Shown: positions 39,307-53,058 of the stretch, piece after piece
How positions within the stretch are numbered: position 1 is the stretch's first letter
Layout: the number at the start of each line of letters is the position of its first letter
Assembly: GCF_006345805.1 (NCBI RefSeq)
Contig: NC_042997.1
Coordinates: forward strand, 102,362,001 to 102,426,000
Direction of reading: 5' to 3'
Source of the DNA: Octopus sinensis
Lineage: Eukaryota
DNA: 64,000 nt
Made by a program: the position numbers and the translations under genes
Notes under the pieces: generated by a model
Told to the model about the DNA's origin: nothing
The model's database searches: none
Seen by the model: only the letters and a program-made list of their open reading frames with translations

Positions 39307-39746
39307 TGTATGTATGTATGTATGTATGTATGTATGTATGTATGTATGTATGTATGTACGTACGTACGTACTTATGTATGTATGTATGTATGTATGCATG
39401 TGCGAGGGTGAGCCACAAAATAATGTAAATAGAAATCGCATTACTTTCTGACTCATCCGCGTGCATATATATGTATACAGACACAGAGACACACATACAT
39501 GACACGTTTCTATCAGTTTCTGTGTACTAAATTCATTCACAAGACTTTGTTGGTGCAGCTCTGTAGTAGAGGACACTTGCACAAGGAACTTAACTTGAAA
39601 TCATATGGTTGGGAAACAAAACTTCTTAACCATCTAGCCATGCCTGTGCCTATGTACGTATGTATGTATGTATGTATGTATGTATGTATGTATGTATGTA
39701 TGTATGTATGTATGTATGTATGTATGTATGTATGTATGTATGTATG
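39307..39746. repeat. Two (TATG)n microsatellites flanking a SINE B fragment
   Basis: TATG runs at ~39307-39395 and 39655-39746; another lies at 26667-26750. Confidence 0.9.
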
Positions 39747-40179
39747 CGTGCATGCAGGCATGTGTATAAGTGCATACAAGTATTGGTGTCTGTGCGTTTG
39801 TTAACATCAGCATTTCTCTGAAAATTGTTCAGCTACAGGTGATGACATTGCTATCATTTCTCTTGTCGAGATTGCCCACCAGCTTTGTACCTTCAAAGAC
39901 ATGTACAATAAACTCTTAATCCATGCTAGCATGGAGAAAAGGATATAAAAACGAACAAATAATAGAATTACTAAATTATGTTTTGTTGCTGTCTACATTC
40001 AAGTTATGTTCCCCTAGTGTGGAATTCTTTTGTTTTACATCCATTTTCTTTTACCATGCTAGCATGAATCAGACAAATACTTATAACTGAGATATTATTT
40101 TACAGTTGGCTTCCATATTTTTTTGTCTACCAATTCCATTCTCAAGACACTAGTCAGACCAAGGCTACAGTACAAGACA

Positions 40180-40965
40180 TGTGGGATGACGTCAGCAGCT
40201 GGGGAGCTGACCGGAAGGGGAAGGGCGCGGCAGTGACGCGCGCGCAGGCAGGGGACGATTGGGCTGTTTTCGATCAGGGTAGGCCACTGTGCTGGACGTG
40301 TGAGCACTTCGACAAGGTGAGGAAAAGCAGCTGCTACTTTTAGCGTTCGGGTCGGGCCACGTGAAAGGGTGCGTTACCACCGGGGAGGTCTGCATCGACG
40401 AAGAGAAGGTAGGTGTCTTACTTCAAATCTCCCGCATACACCACTAGCTATTTCGGCGACATTGATGTGGTTAAAGTCGTCTGCTTTCCGAAGCCAGGCC
40501 GCGTCTTCCACCTCAACGCCTTCGATCTACAACACAACCCCTATCGCTATACTGTTAGCATCACACCAGACGGTCCCGCATTCCGTCTTAGGCGCATACC
40601 AGTTAGCCCTGACCAGGTCTTCCGCTCTCGTCCTCTCTAGGATTTCCCGCATCATCACCACCGTCCATTCTCCCGCCTTGTCGCCCCAACTCTCCCTCTC
40701 CGCTCGTCTCTTGGTGTAACTGCACGCTGTGCGCAGCCATCCAGTGATCGGGTAGTGACCGACCAACTTTCCACACACCGAGAACATCTCTCTCCTGCTG
40801 ACGCTGGAACTCAGCTCTGGGATTTCATTCCTTCTCCGGAACACCAACTCACCTGATCTATATCTTCGCAGCTTCAGCCCCAGTACAGCTCCCCCTGCCA
40901 TCGACAGGTCTGCGTCGACGAAGAGAAGGCAGGTGTCTTACTTCAAATCTCCCGCATACACCACA
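40180..40965 (-). mobile_element. Miniature LTR retrotransposon derivative: 60-bp 5' LTR stub, pol fragment and 3' LTR, inserted in a SINE B
   Basis: TGTGG...CCACA termini; 5-bp TSD AGACA (40175-40179, 40966-40970); 59-bp direct repeat 40386-40444 / 40906-40964; internal minus-strand pol fragment SVCGKLVGHYP..GWLR...WCDANS...EDAAWLRK..HINVAE (RNase H-like). Confidence 0.85.
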
Positions 40966-42688
40966 AGACACTTGCCCACAGTGCCACACAGTGAGTTACA
41001 ACTCAAAACCATGTGATTATAATGTGAATTCTGAATCTGCACAGCAATGCCTGTATCTAAGAGAAGAGTTCTGGATCAGGACACCCACAGAAGTTAGATT
41101 TTCTCCATTTTGATGGGGATTTTTTCAATTCTTATTTTTTCACCACAGCTTTCAGACAACCTGATGGGTATCTTTTTACAAAAAAATAATTTTGAAAAAT
41201 TTGTGTTTCTTTTTCTACCTTCTCCACCACCACCACCATTACCAGCCCCTCCAGAGAGATATTGGCTCATTTTTTTTGGTGCGACGCACTTAAAAACCAT
41301 CAGGTTTTGGTAAAAAAAATCTTGTAAATATTTTTATAGTTCTCAAAAAATCTCTACAATAAATCAAATGTTAAACTCTTGTTCTTTAGAGATGATGTTG
41401 GTTATGAATTTAACAGTTTCAAATTTCTATCCATCCAGCCTTCCATTTTCGCTTCATGGTATTTTTAAGAGGATCATTGGAATAGAATTCTCAGGTACCT
41501 CCTACTATCAGAAGCAACTATCATTAAACTTTCCTGTTGCATCTCAAGAGTGGTCAACAGAATCTATGATTTTTATCCAACAATCTCATTCAAGGTGTGC
41601 CAGTTAAATGGTCATTTGTATAATATTCTTTGAAATTGTTTTTAATAAAAAAAAATTGGATTTTATTAAATATATAACTAGTTAAACCTTTAAATAATTA
41701 CATCCCAATAAAGCTACAGAAAATATTTATTCTACCATAGAGGAAAACATTATGACTCTCAAAATATATTCTTAAAATATAAGTTTAATCCTTTGGCAAT
41801 CAAACTGGTCATATCTGGCCCAAATATTCTACTTGTTTTGTGTTCAAACAGACCAGATCAGGCCTCTCACACGTACCCTGCAATGTCATTCTAAAAATAA
41901 ACAATCACATCATCAAAATCTCAAGGATAATGCATTATAAATTCAAAACAATGTTATGGTTAAGCACCAAGTAACAGAAATACTAAATATTTGGCTAATG
42001 AATGAGGAAGACAGCAACTATCTATAATTCATTAAAAGTAAGCTTGAATCTTGCTTGCTTGCAATGTTACCCAGCCAAACTGGCGCATAATGGGAAAATA
42101 CTATGAATTAAAGCTTACCCTGAAATGTTAATATGAACGGAATAAAACAAGTTTCGTGTAAATCGAAGTAGTTTTAAAGCTATTAGAAGTTTTCCGGCAT
42201 AAGTGAATGTGATTTCAAAAATGTAAACTGTTTGTACAGTATTTATATTTTAGCTTTCTTTAAACAGACAATATTCTATGTTTTTTAAAATTATTTTCAA
42301 GTGAATACCATTACAAAAAATTTTCTTGGCATATTTAAAAATTATTTTAAAGAGAAAATAACTTTTAAAATATGGTAAATATTTCATAAAAGACCCGTTC
42401 GTAACCTACATAGGATTTTTCGAGTGCATTCAGTGTATTTCACCTCCAAAGATTTGGCTGCTATTTCTAGCATACCATGCTACCACGTAACTGCTATTTA
42501 CGATATGGGACCCGAAATACCTGTTACGTGGAAGCAGGGCATGCAAGAAATAGCAAGAGAAACTCAGAGTTTCCCGGTGACCCAACGGATCACAGATAGT
42601 CTAGTAACATAAAATTACCAGGAGTCAAGATAGTTGACCACCCAACCTGCCAGACAGGATTGAGACAAGTGCTGACAACAGATGACTC

Positions 42689-45600
42689 CATCATCATCAT
42701 CATCGTTTAACGGCAGTTTTCTATGCCGGCATGGGTTGGACGGTTCGATTGGGGTCTGGGAAGCCAGGAGGCTACCAGGCTCCAATCTGATTTGGCAGTG
42801 TTTCTACAGCCGGATGCTCTTCCTATTACCAACCACTCCGAGAGTGTAGTGGATGCTTTTTACGTGTCACAGGCACATGAGTCAGAAGGTGCTGGCATCG
42901 ACCACGTTTTGACGATGCTTTTACGTGCCACCGGCAAGGGAGCCCATCAAGGCGCCGCTCACATCGTTCGGATGATACTTTTTACGTGTCACCAGCACGG
43001 GGAGCCAGACAAGCGGCGCTGGCATCATCCACAACAATTTCGATTTGATTGTGGTTTGATTTGATTTTGATGTTGATGTAATTAACTCAATAGGTCTCCT
43101 CAAGCACGACATGTCGCCCTGCGATCCAAAGATACTATTTTGAGTGACCTGTTTATGCTACACTGGTATGGGCTACAGCTGTGATCTCACATTATTTTCC
43201 GGGTTTTCTCAGTCACAGCATATCTCCAGAGGTCTCGGTCTTTCGTCATTGCCTCTGTGAGGCCCAACGTTGAAAGGTCATGCTTCACCACCTCATCCCA
43301 TGTCTCTTCTGAGTCTCCCTCTACCACGGGTTCCTTTCACTGTTTGGGAGTGGCACTTCTTCACACAGCCCTCCTCATCAATCCGTAGTACATGACCATA
43401 CCAGCACAGAAGTCTCTCTTGCAAGCCACATCCGATGCTTTTTATGTCCAACATTTCTCTCGGGGCGCTTACACTCTGTCGTGTGTGCAGTGACGGATCA
43501 TGCTAGCTTCATTTCTTTCGAGCCTACGCATATTTTCAGCAGTCACGTCCCCTGTTTCACTGCCATGAAGCATAGCAGTTCGCATGCATGCATCGTACAA
43601 TCTCCCTTTCACTCTGAGCGAGAGGCCTTTTGTCACCAGGAGGGGTAGAAGCTTTCTGAATTTTGCTGAGATTATTCTTATTCTAGTAGTAACGCTCTCT
43701 GAGCATCCACCCCCACTACGGACTTGGTCACCTAGCTAGCAGAAGCTATCAACTACTTCTAGTTTCTCCCCCTGGCATGAGATGAAATCTGTTTTCTGAA
43801 CATCTGTGATGTTTACTGCTCCTGTGCATCTGCCGCTATCTTCCCGGTTAATATTCCTTTGATGTTGCTGCACCTTTTATGCGTCCATAGCTTACACTGG
43901 GCACATCTTATGGAGTTTCTACCTACACCCTTTCTACAGATCGAGCATGGTCATCTATCTGAAGGGATGTGCGATGTGTTCGCCTTCCTGCTTACTAGGA
44001 ATTTGGTTTTTGTGACATTGTCTCTACGGCCCTTCGATTCTAAACCTTGCTTCCACACTTGAAATTTCTTCTCTAGTTCTGGTAGTGATTCTGCTATGAG
44101 GGCCAGGTCATCAGCATAGAGGAGCTCCCAGGAGCAACCTGTCTTGAATTCCTCTGTTATTGCCTGGAGGACTATGCTGAATAAGAGGGCGCTGAGGGCT
44201 GATCCTTGGTAGATCCCTACTTTTACTCAGAATTCTTCCCTATACTCATTGCCACCCAAACCTTACTAATGGCATCTCTGCACAGCCCTTATTAACTAGT
44301 CGTCAATCCCTAGTTTCCGCATCGCCCACCAGATAAGGGATCGGGGGATCCTGTCAAAGGCTTTCTCCAAGTCAACAAAAGCTAGATATTTCTCCTGCAG
44401 TTGCCGTAACAGGAATATAGCATCAGTGGTGCTTCTACCTGGCACAAAACCGAACTGCATTTCATCTAAGCAGACTCTCTCCGTAATTAATTGGGCTATG
44501 ATCCTCTCCGTGACTTTCATCACTTGATCCAGCAATTTGATACCCCTGTAGTTATTTCTATCTAAAGCTTCGCCTTTACCCTTGTCGCAGTTGACTATGG
44601 TGCTGCTACGCCAGTCATTGGGTATGACTCCATCATGAACTACCTGGTTTACAATACGGGTGACTAGGCCATAACCCACATCACCAGATATTTTAAGCAT
44701 CTCAGCAGTGATTCTCGATGGCTCGGGCTTTTCCTGGCTTCATACCCTTAATTGCTTTATCTACCAGGGTGCTGTCTATTCGGATAGCTGGTCCCTCTAC
44801 GGGGTCAACATCTGGCAGGCTCTCCTCCTCCCATTCATTCTCCACGTTCAGCAGTCTTTCAAAATGGCTTCTCCAAGCCTCTTTCTTTTCAGAATCATTA
44901 AAAGCAAGTGCACTATAATCCATGCGGACACATTTCTCTCTTGTAACATCACAATTTTCTCTCACACATTATCTTGCAATCCGAAATACTTCAGTTCTTT
45001 GGTCCTCACATCGCTGAACATTGGCAAACTTTTTATCTGCTTCTCCCCTGGCTATGTATACCTGTCGCCCAGCCTCCCCCTTAGTTATCTTGTACAGTTC
45101 ATTGCTACCCCAACTCTCCCAGGCTTTCCAGGCCTGTTTCTTTGCTCTAATGGCTTTGTCTACCGTATTATTCCACCACTACGTTACTCTAGGTCTGGAA
45201 ATGACTGCACCATCCGCAGACTTGGTCTGTGGCACTTAGTAAGCTGTCCCGTAGGAATTGCCAGCTACCCTCTATGTTCGAAGTCTGTAGCTCCTCCTCC
45301 CTCTCATCAAATTTCTTGATGAGGATGTCCCTAAATTTCCGACCATGTGAAGGGTTCTTTAGCTTCCAAATCCTTCTTTTCTGGATTGGTCTGCTTCTTG
45401 GCGTCCTTCTGGCCTCGAGTCTAAAGTCACTAATAACTAGTCTATGCTGGAGAGTACATTCTTCATCCAGGAGGCTCTTTGTATTTAAGAGCAACTCTGT
45501 GTCCCCACTGTCTGGTGAGGATGAAATTAATCTGGCTAGCAGAGTCACCTGATTGATAGGTTATCAGGTGGCTGTCTGGCTTCCTGAAGTTGGTGTTGCA

Positions 45601-46200
45601 GATTAAAAGATTACATGCATCACAGAACTCCAGTAGCCTAGTTCCCTTTTAGTTTCGGGAACCAATATCATGCCCCGCGTGTACACCAGTGAAGATACCG
45701 GATTGCCATCCAACATGCCCATTAAAATCTCTAGCTGCAAAGCTGAAGTCATTGTCACTTGTCTTTGAGGTAGCCAGTAGGAGGGTATCATAAAAATGGT
45801 CCTTCTGATCATTTGATAGGCCCGCTTGTGGGGCGTAGGCAGAGATAATTGTAGCTGTACTGTTCTGCAGGACTAGCCTGAGCTTAAGCACTCTATCGCA
45901 TACCCTGACAACCTCTATGACTTTATCCACCCATTTCTCAGCAAGGAGTATGCCTACACCCCTACTCCATCCGTGTTACCTTTCCAGAAGATTTTATACC
46001 CATGTATCTTGCCTGTGAAGACCCTAGATGAAGCTCCTCTCCATCTTACCTCTTGTATGCAGCATACATCGACACATCTCCTTTCAAGCATCTCTACAAT
46101 CTCACTAGACCTACCGTTCAGTGTGCCTACATTGACAGTGCCAACTCTGAAAACTGGGAAAGGAATGTGGGGAGAGGCTTGAAGAGGCGAGATGTTAATC
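42689..46200 (-). mobile_element. RTE-clade LINE, near full-length, frameshifted
   Basis: APE endonuclease (RVGTVNVGTL...CCIQEVRWRG; ISAYAPQ); RT (NYRGIKLL, QFGFVPGRSTTDAIF, FVDLEKAFD, YADD at 44107-44118); (GAT)n 3' tail at 42689-42703. Confidence 0.9.
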
Positions 46201-47511
46201 AGCACCTGAAAAGGAGGTTGTTGTTCATTTGTTAGACATGCTTCACCTGCTCTCACTTCCGATCTGACATCATTCAAACATTCAAGCATGTTAAGATTGT
46301 TTCCTCTACTGGGGGTAGGAGTAGGTATTAGCAGCGTTGTAAGTATATGCATTATGAACATAGTAAAAACGTAAATTTAAGCATTACTGGTGTTGCAAAT
46401 AAGAATATTCCAACGTTAGATTAAGTAGGGTGTCAGCTAAACTAGTTGCATTTGTCCAGGGAGAGGAGATTGCAGGTATGATGGAGGGTACGACCAGTGA
46501 CGGAGGGGGTGTTCGGACAGAGAAAGAGAGGAAACGAGCTCAACCATACATACACACAAGCACGCGCCCGCATACATGCACACACACACACACACAGACA
46601 AGAACAAGCATGCACGCACACAGACAGAGACACACACACAGAGGAAAAGCACGCACAAACAACCCATTAGCTTTCTCTTTCACTTTGATATGTCCATGGA
46701 AAATTACCGGGTAGTTGTTGACAAATTTCTAGACAAAACGAAACGAAAGATAGCCGGTTAAGTAGGTGGGCAGCTAAGCTAGTTGCATTTGTCCCAGGAG
46801 AGAGAGAGCAGGTAATATAGAGAACAGCACCAGTGACGAGGGGGGTTGAGAGAAGAGATATCTGGTAATAGTGGTGGGAGGAGAGAGAGATATCTGGTGT
46901 AGATGGTGGGAGGAGAAAGAGATATAGAGATATCTGGTATTGGTGGTGGGGGTGGGAAAGGGCGGGCGCACCATGAATAAGCAAGGTTTAATTTGGAGAG
47001 ATGGTATGAGGCAGATTTCCAGCTTAGCAAAATTCCATGAAGAATTTAGAGGAATGAAGAGAGAGATATTAGGAAATTAAATTGGCTTATGAAACTAGCA
47101 ATTGGTAAATAATATTCATTTAAAGTGTCCATGGCAGATGAGAAATTAAACATGCAAAGAGATGAGAAATTATCTTAGCAAAATTACATGAAGAATTAAG
47201 GAGGAACGAAGGCTGAGAGAGATTAAGAAGTTATATACTGAGGGGTCAGTTAAAATGGTTAGCTTATGGTTCAACATTTGCCAAACCACTGATTTAGATA
47301 TAAATGACTCTTGCTCTTTTTACCTGTTTAAATCATAGCCTGTAGCCATTCTGGGGGTGTCACCATTAGTGTTACTTTTAGCTTATTTCATTTCTACAGC
47401 CCCCTCTCTGTAGTTGGTTTTGGGTAAAGAGCAAGGTGGATATTGTCACCCACATTTGTATATAATCTTAAATGAACACTATGAATAATAATAATAAATA
47501 ATAATAATAAT

Positions 47512-47775
47512 GATTTTATGATTCAGTGCGACCATGAGATAGAGAATAGGAAGCCAGACATAGTCTTAATTGAGAAAGAAAGCAAACTATGCTGGATCAT
47601 AGATATAGCATGCCCAGCTGACAACAAGGTACGTAATAAAGAAGAAAAGTCGATAGGTATGACAGGTTAGCTTGGGCGGTAAAGCAGCTATGGTCAATGA
47701 AAAAGGTGGTAGTGGTACCAATAATTGTCAGAGCCCTGAGAACAGTGAGTGAAAATCTCAAGAAGTACATGGAAC
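47512..47775 (+). pseudogene. R4/Dong-type restriction-like endonuclease fragment next to (TAA)n
   Basis: DFMIQCDHEIENRKPDIVLIEKESKLCWIIDIACPAD...KVVVVPIIV carries the PD..D RLE motif; begins directly after a (TAA)n tract. Confidence 0.8.
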
Positions 47776-47852
47776 AGTTAAGCAAACAAATGAAAAATTT
47801 CAAGAATTTCAAATGAATAAGTGAAGTCATTTTTATCTCTTTAATAATGTAA

Positions 47853-47858
47853 TTTATT
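47853..47858 (-). terminator. Candidate polyadenylation signal (AATAAA) for BRAP
   Basis: First minus-strand AATAAA seen, ~200 nt downstream of the BRAP stop; the AT-rich context makes chance occurrence plausible. Confidence 0.35.
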
Positions 47859-48060
47859 TTATTGATATTTTAATCTTTTAATACATTATAATAAACTTAG
47901 CTACAAAGCTTTGCAAGATATTTTCCAATAATATTTAAAAATGAAATTATAATGGACAACATTAAATTGTTTGTATTGGAATATATAGATAAAATTTTAA
48001 ATTTTCAATATACAGTGGATTCGTTTTTTTGATAGTGAATGCAAATTGATAATTTTAATA

Positions 48061-48255
48061 TCAATGCTTTCTTTGTCTGCTGCGACGAGAATTTCCTAAA
48101 ACAGAATTAGTGGTCCTAGAAGCACCAACAATTACCTGTCCTCCTTGTATTTCTTCTTGAGATATTTCCTCAAGCCCTTCTTGTCGAGTAAGCTTTTGTT
48201 GTGCTTCTAAATGAAACATCATATCACGCAACTGCTCTTGTAACTCCTGAATTTC
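48061..48255 (-). CDS. BRAP: BRCA1-associated protein (BRAP2/IMP/RNF52), terminal coding exon
   Basis: Acceptor TTTTTTTGGTTTGCGTTTCAG|GAA; EIQELQEQLRDMMFHLEAQQKL...SQEEIQGGQVIVGAS...SRRSRQRKH* matches the BRAP C-terminus (human EIQEQLRDVMFYLETQQKI...QEIQEGQI, basic tail); phase 0, compatible with the upstream exon. Confidence 0.92.
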   Translation of the reverse strand, partial: EIQELQEQLRDMMFHLEAQQKLTRQEGLEEISQEEIQGGQVIVGASRTTNSVLGNSRRSRQRKH

Positions 48256-49457
48256 CTGAAACGCAAACCAAAAAAAGGATTACTTTTTAAATTCGCAATA
48301 ACAACTTTTCTTTACTTTTTTTGTTTTAAACTATTTTATAGCCATAGGGAGTGTGAAGTTGCCTAGCAATGAAGTGTGACAATAGAAAATATCGTTAGAA
48401 AACTAAGGAAGACATGGTGGGGAGGATGTTTAAGGTGTTGGAGTTCACATTCAAAATGATACAATCATGATGAAAAATGATATGCAACATGGAGAAACAA
48501 ACTCAAAAATGAATGTGGCAGTAATAGTAATGGCAATGATGATGATGATGATGAGGAGGAGGAGGAGATAAGAAGCAAGAAGAGGAAGACAAGGAGCAAG
48601 GAGAGGAAGACAAAGAGCAAGAAGAGGAACTGGTAGAAATCTCAATATATATATTTGTTATATGTAAGTTAAATGTCTTTCTAGTTATTGACCAGTTAAC
48701 TGGGGAAAAAAAGTGGCACCTAATCCAAACCAATTAAACAAGGTCAAACAAAATAATCCATTTAGCATTGAGTCACACACACAGCCCTATAGCTGTAAGC
48801 TCACCTTGAAATAACCATTTAAAGCTAGTCACTCTGCTTCATTTTCTTATGCAACAAAAACACTTTATATTTCAAGAAATGATTTCTAAAATTAAAGGAT
48901 ATAATATTTTTCATTTCACCTTTCTACTTCTCACCACCAATAATGTTTAATTGCCTGTATTTCTGAGATCACAAGTTTCTGTTTGTCTGACAAAGACATG
49001 AAAAATGAGCTTGATAGTCCAAGAGATTTAACTTGTCACCTGTAGCCAACTTACATTTGTCTGTCTTTACAGTAAGATCACTAGGTTACTCCTTCAGTCA
49101 GCTTATTTACTTGACAAATGACAGTCATAAGCAAAGAGAGTGTTGTGACACAGTTACATAATGCTAAGATATTTTTGGCCAACAAAATCATTTTATCTTG
49201 CAAATACAACTTACTTAAGTTTAATGAGTGCTTTCCTAGTTAGATAAATCAGTTGTAACAAGAGTACTGATTTTTAGGAAATATAAGTGTAAACACACAC
49301 AGAACAGGTTTCAATATAATTTTTATTTGCTACATTTCATTCGGAAGACATTGATCCACCTATAATAGAAGATACTTGCTCAAGGTGCCATGAAATGAGA
49401 CCAAAATTAAAACCAGATTGTTGCAAAGTTAACATTTTGACTGTCCAGCCATGATTG

Positions 49458-49492
<35 letters not shown>

Positions 49493-51640
49493 ACCAATAT
49501 ATTGATATATTGCATTTTAAATCTACAATACATTGTGGTGCTATTCTACTTCATTGGAGTAGCTACTGTACTTCATTCATGGGGTCTGTATGTTCAAGTC
49601 CAATCACATGAATTTGGTGTATTTAACTCACAACTTCACAGAGAAATTTCTCCGAGCCAAAATATTACAGCTACTGCTGTAACACTTAGCTTAAACATTA
49701 TAAATATTATACACACTGATATTGCAATCTAAAGCTGTTTTAAGGGAGTTTATTAATTTAACTCTAGCGTGGCTAGCATTCCACATATTAGTGAATGTTT
49801 ACTTTATTGATTTCTATATACGAGAACAAGCATTTCAGCTTAGCTCAGAATGTATTTGTCATTGAGGAGACCAAACCAGGTTGAAATACTGTCTCTGATG
49901 ATCCACCAATGCTCTGGACAAAGCCCTGACTTTTTATCACACGAGTCTTTTTGAGAGGCTTCTCTGAGATAAAATATCAAAGCTAATACCATTCCACATT
50001 TGTATACACATTACTAATACTATACACACTAGTAGTTTAAATGTTGCAAAGTTTGACATAGTTTTAAAGTAATTCAGCAGTAGTGTGCAGAAATAAGTAT
50101 TTTATATCAGTTCTTTAATGCTGGAAATAGAATATTTGAATGACTATATGTTGGTATATTTCTAGAATGTTTTCTCATCAGAAGCCTACTGTCACAAAAT
50201 TACAACAGTACTTAAGAGTATCCTCACCCCCACCTCCACCAGCTAATAGATTAATATACTTTACTCAAAGATAGAAATGAATGACCTTTAAAACACAATC
50301 ATTTTAAAGTTTTATTAAGAACAGAGACTAATGTCAGAAACAAATACAATGCTATCAACAAAGTCAAGTGCCAAAACAAATCAAAATTTATATATACACA
50401 CAAGAGAAACTGATTGACATGTAACTTTGTGCAGTGAGAAAAAAACAAAACAAGCAATTATGCATGAGTTCAAAGTCCTAATCTAGCACATGTGCCGTCT
50501 TTGTAATGTAATTTCTTCTCTAAGTTAATAATGATGATGGTGATGGTAGTGGTGGTGGTGGTGATGATGATGATGATGATGATGATGATGACATTGATGA
50601 CCATGGTGACGATGTAAACATAAACAGAACCAGAACCTCTATCCAAATATTATTATCCATTAGATTTGACAAGTGACAAAAGTAAATTTGTTTAGAGATG
50701 AATGAATAGATGTTTCAAAAAAGAAAGAAGAAAAATGTGACACTACTTATTGAATGAGGAGAAAATAAAGCTTTTGCGAACAAAACTCAAACTTCAAAAA
50801 CAATGGTGGTTAAAGCACATATGTATTCATATTCAAGAGATGGTGACAGTTGATCTCCCAATGGAACCAGGGAAGCTAGGTTTCCATTGATTTTTTTTTT
50901 TTTTTCCAAATTATTGATGCTATCTGTCAACTCACAACTTCTGAAAAGAATGTTACCAATTTTGGTGACTGGACAGAATTTCAACTCATCTTGGATTGGT
51001 ATTTATTTTAATTGGAAGAGGTGTAGGCACGGCTGTGTGTTAAGAAGTGTGCTTCCTGCCTACATGGTTTTGGTTTCAGTTTTACTGAATAGTACTTTGG
51101 GCAAGTGTCTTCTACTACAGCCTTGGGTTGATAAAAAGCTTTGTGAGTGGATTTAGCAGATGGAAACTGAAAGAAGCCTACCTGATATATGTGTGTGTGT
51201 ATATATAACAGTAATATCAGTGCCAAGCAGTGTTTAGGCATAAGTGAACTTTAGGTTAGCTAAAATATATTTGTGATATATTTCAATTGCTAAAGGCAAA
51301 TTCATTGCAGTTACCATGGAGAAAAGTTCTCTCTTATGGTAAAAAGAAGTGTAAAAACGCCATATCTGTCCAGTGCTGCCACCTGTCAGATTCCAAGACA
51401 TCGATGTTTCTAGCTTCTTAACCATTATCAATGGGAAATACTGAAGAGAGGCAACTCTGGACAGACCTAACCAACTCAACAAATCAATACACACGCAGCA
51501 TGCTTCTGCAGTTTCCTTAAAACAAATTCCACTTGTTCCCAACCCCATGGTTTTGAATTCTAACTCATAGCATACTACCTCGGGTATCTAGCCCCAGGCT
51601 AACCAAAGTCTTGTAAACGGGATTAGTAGAGGTACGAGGT

Positions 51641-51682
<42 letters not shown>

Positions 51683-52764
51683 ATGTGTGTGTATATCTTT
51701 ACCTTGACATTGCATGACACTTGTAAACAATACTATACAAGCTGTGTCATTCGTTTCCAATCTTCCATGTCCAGTCATGCACAGATATCATCTTGTTATG
51801 AAACAAGTGAGGACTGGTGACAGGAAGGGCAGCTGGCCATGGGAAATCTGCCTCTGACCCATGTAAGCACGGAAAAGTGGATGTTATAATGATGAAGTTA
51901 TTCATCAACCCAAGTAGAAGGCATTTTTTCAAGGTGCCACACAGTGGGATTAAACCCACTAGAACTATGTAGTTACAAGACAAACTTCTTAATCACATGG
52001 CTATGACTGAGCTTAATTCACACTGAACAAACTAAGAAAATTTATCACTCTAGCTGCAAATAATAGGTGAACTTGTAAAATTTTTCAAGTATAATACAAC
52101 TACTGGTGGAATAGAGAGGGGAGTGATATATCAGATGCTAATGACTCTGATGCAATTCTTTGTTAAATAGGCCATGCTGAGAAAGAGGAACTAAACAATG
52201 ATAACAGAGAAAGAGTAGTGGTTGATATTGAGAAAGTGTGTGTGTGGAGACATCTGTATGTGTGAGTGATGGTAATAGAGAGAAGGCCTGTGGGAGTACT
52301 GGCCTACACTACATGCATAAAAGGAGTATATCAGATTCCATTCAAACTCCACTATATCTTACGAGTATGGTGAAACATATATTAATGGAGACAGTGATAG
52401 AGGCTAAGGTACATAGCTATATCAGGGCCCCTTATTTCATCTTGTATTTGCTAAGTCTCCACCAGCTGTCCTTATTGCCTTTACTCCACATTCAGCAACC
52501 TTTCATAATAGCACTTTTCTTTCAGTATCAGTAAATGCAGGAGTGCCTTTCCAAATGCACTTCCTCAAAGATGATACAGTTCTCAGTAGCATCACACTAT
52601 CACAATCTGGAACACCTCATGCCTCTGATTCTTACATTGCAGAACATAGGCAAATTTCTTATTCTGGCTTCTCCCCTAACTCTAAAAGATCCATTGTAAT
52701 CCTTTGTTATTCAAGGAATAGCATGGAAGGAAGAAAGGAACAGAGACTTACAGGTGGTGTGGAG

Positions 52765-53010
52765 CAGTGCTCCACAACCTTTTTTCACTTGCGGTACACT
52801 TATATTCTTTTCAAAATTCAGCAGCACACCTGAACTAAAAGTATAACTATAGGTGTAGGAGTGGGTGGGTGGTAAGTAGCTTGCTTACCAACCACATGGT
52901 TCCGGGTTCAGTCCCACTGCATGGCACCTTGGGCAAGTGTCTTCTACTTTAGCCTCGGGCCAACCAAAGCCTCGTGAGTGGATTCAGACAGAAACTGAAA
53001 GAAGCCTGTC

Positions 53011-53058
<48 letters not shown>

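Noticed and set aside
44708-45552. 203-aa and 107-aa plus-strand ORFs
   Set aside because: Antisense to the RTE LINE ORF.
46420-47000. Diverged direct repeats and GA-rich units
   Set aside because: Adjacent to the 5' end of the RTE LINE and most simply explained as its repetitive 5' UTR.
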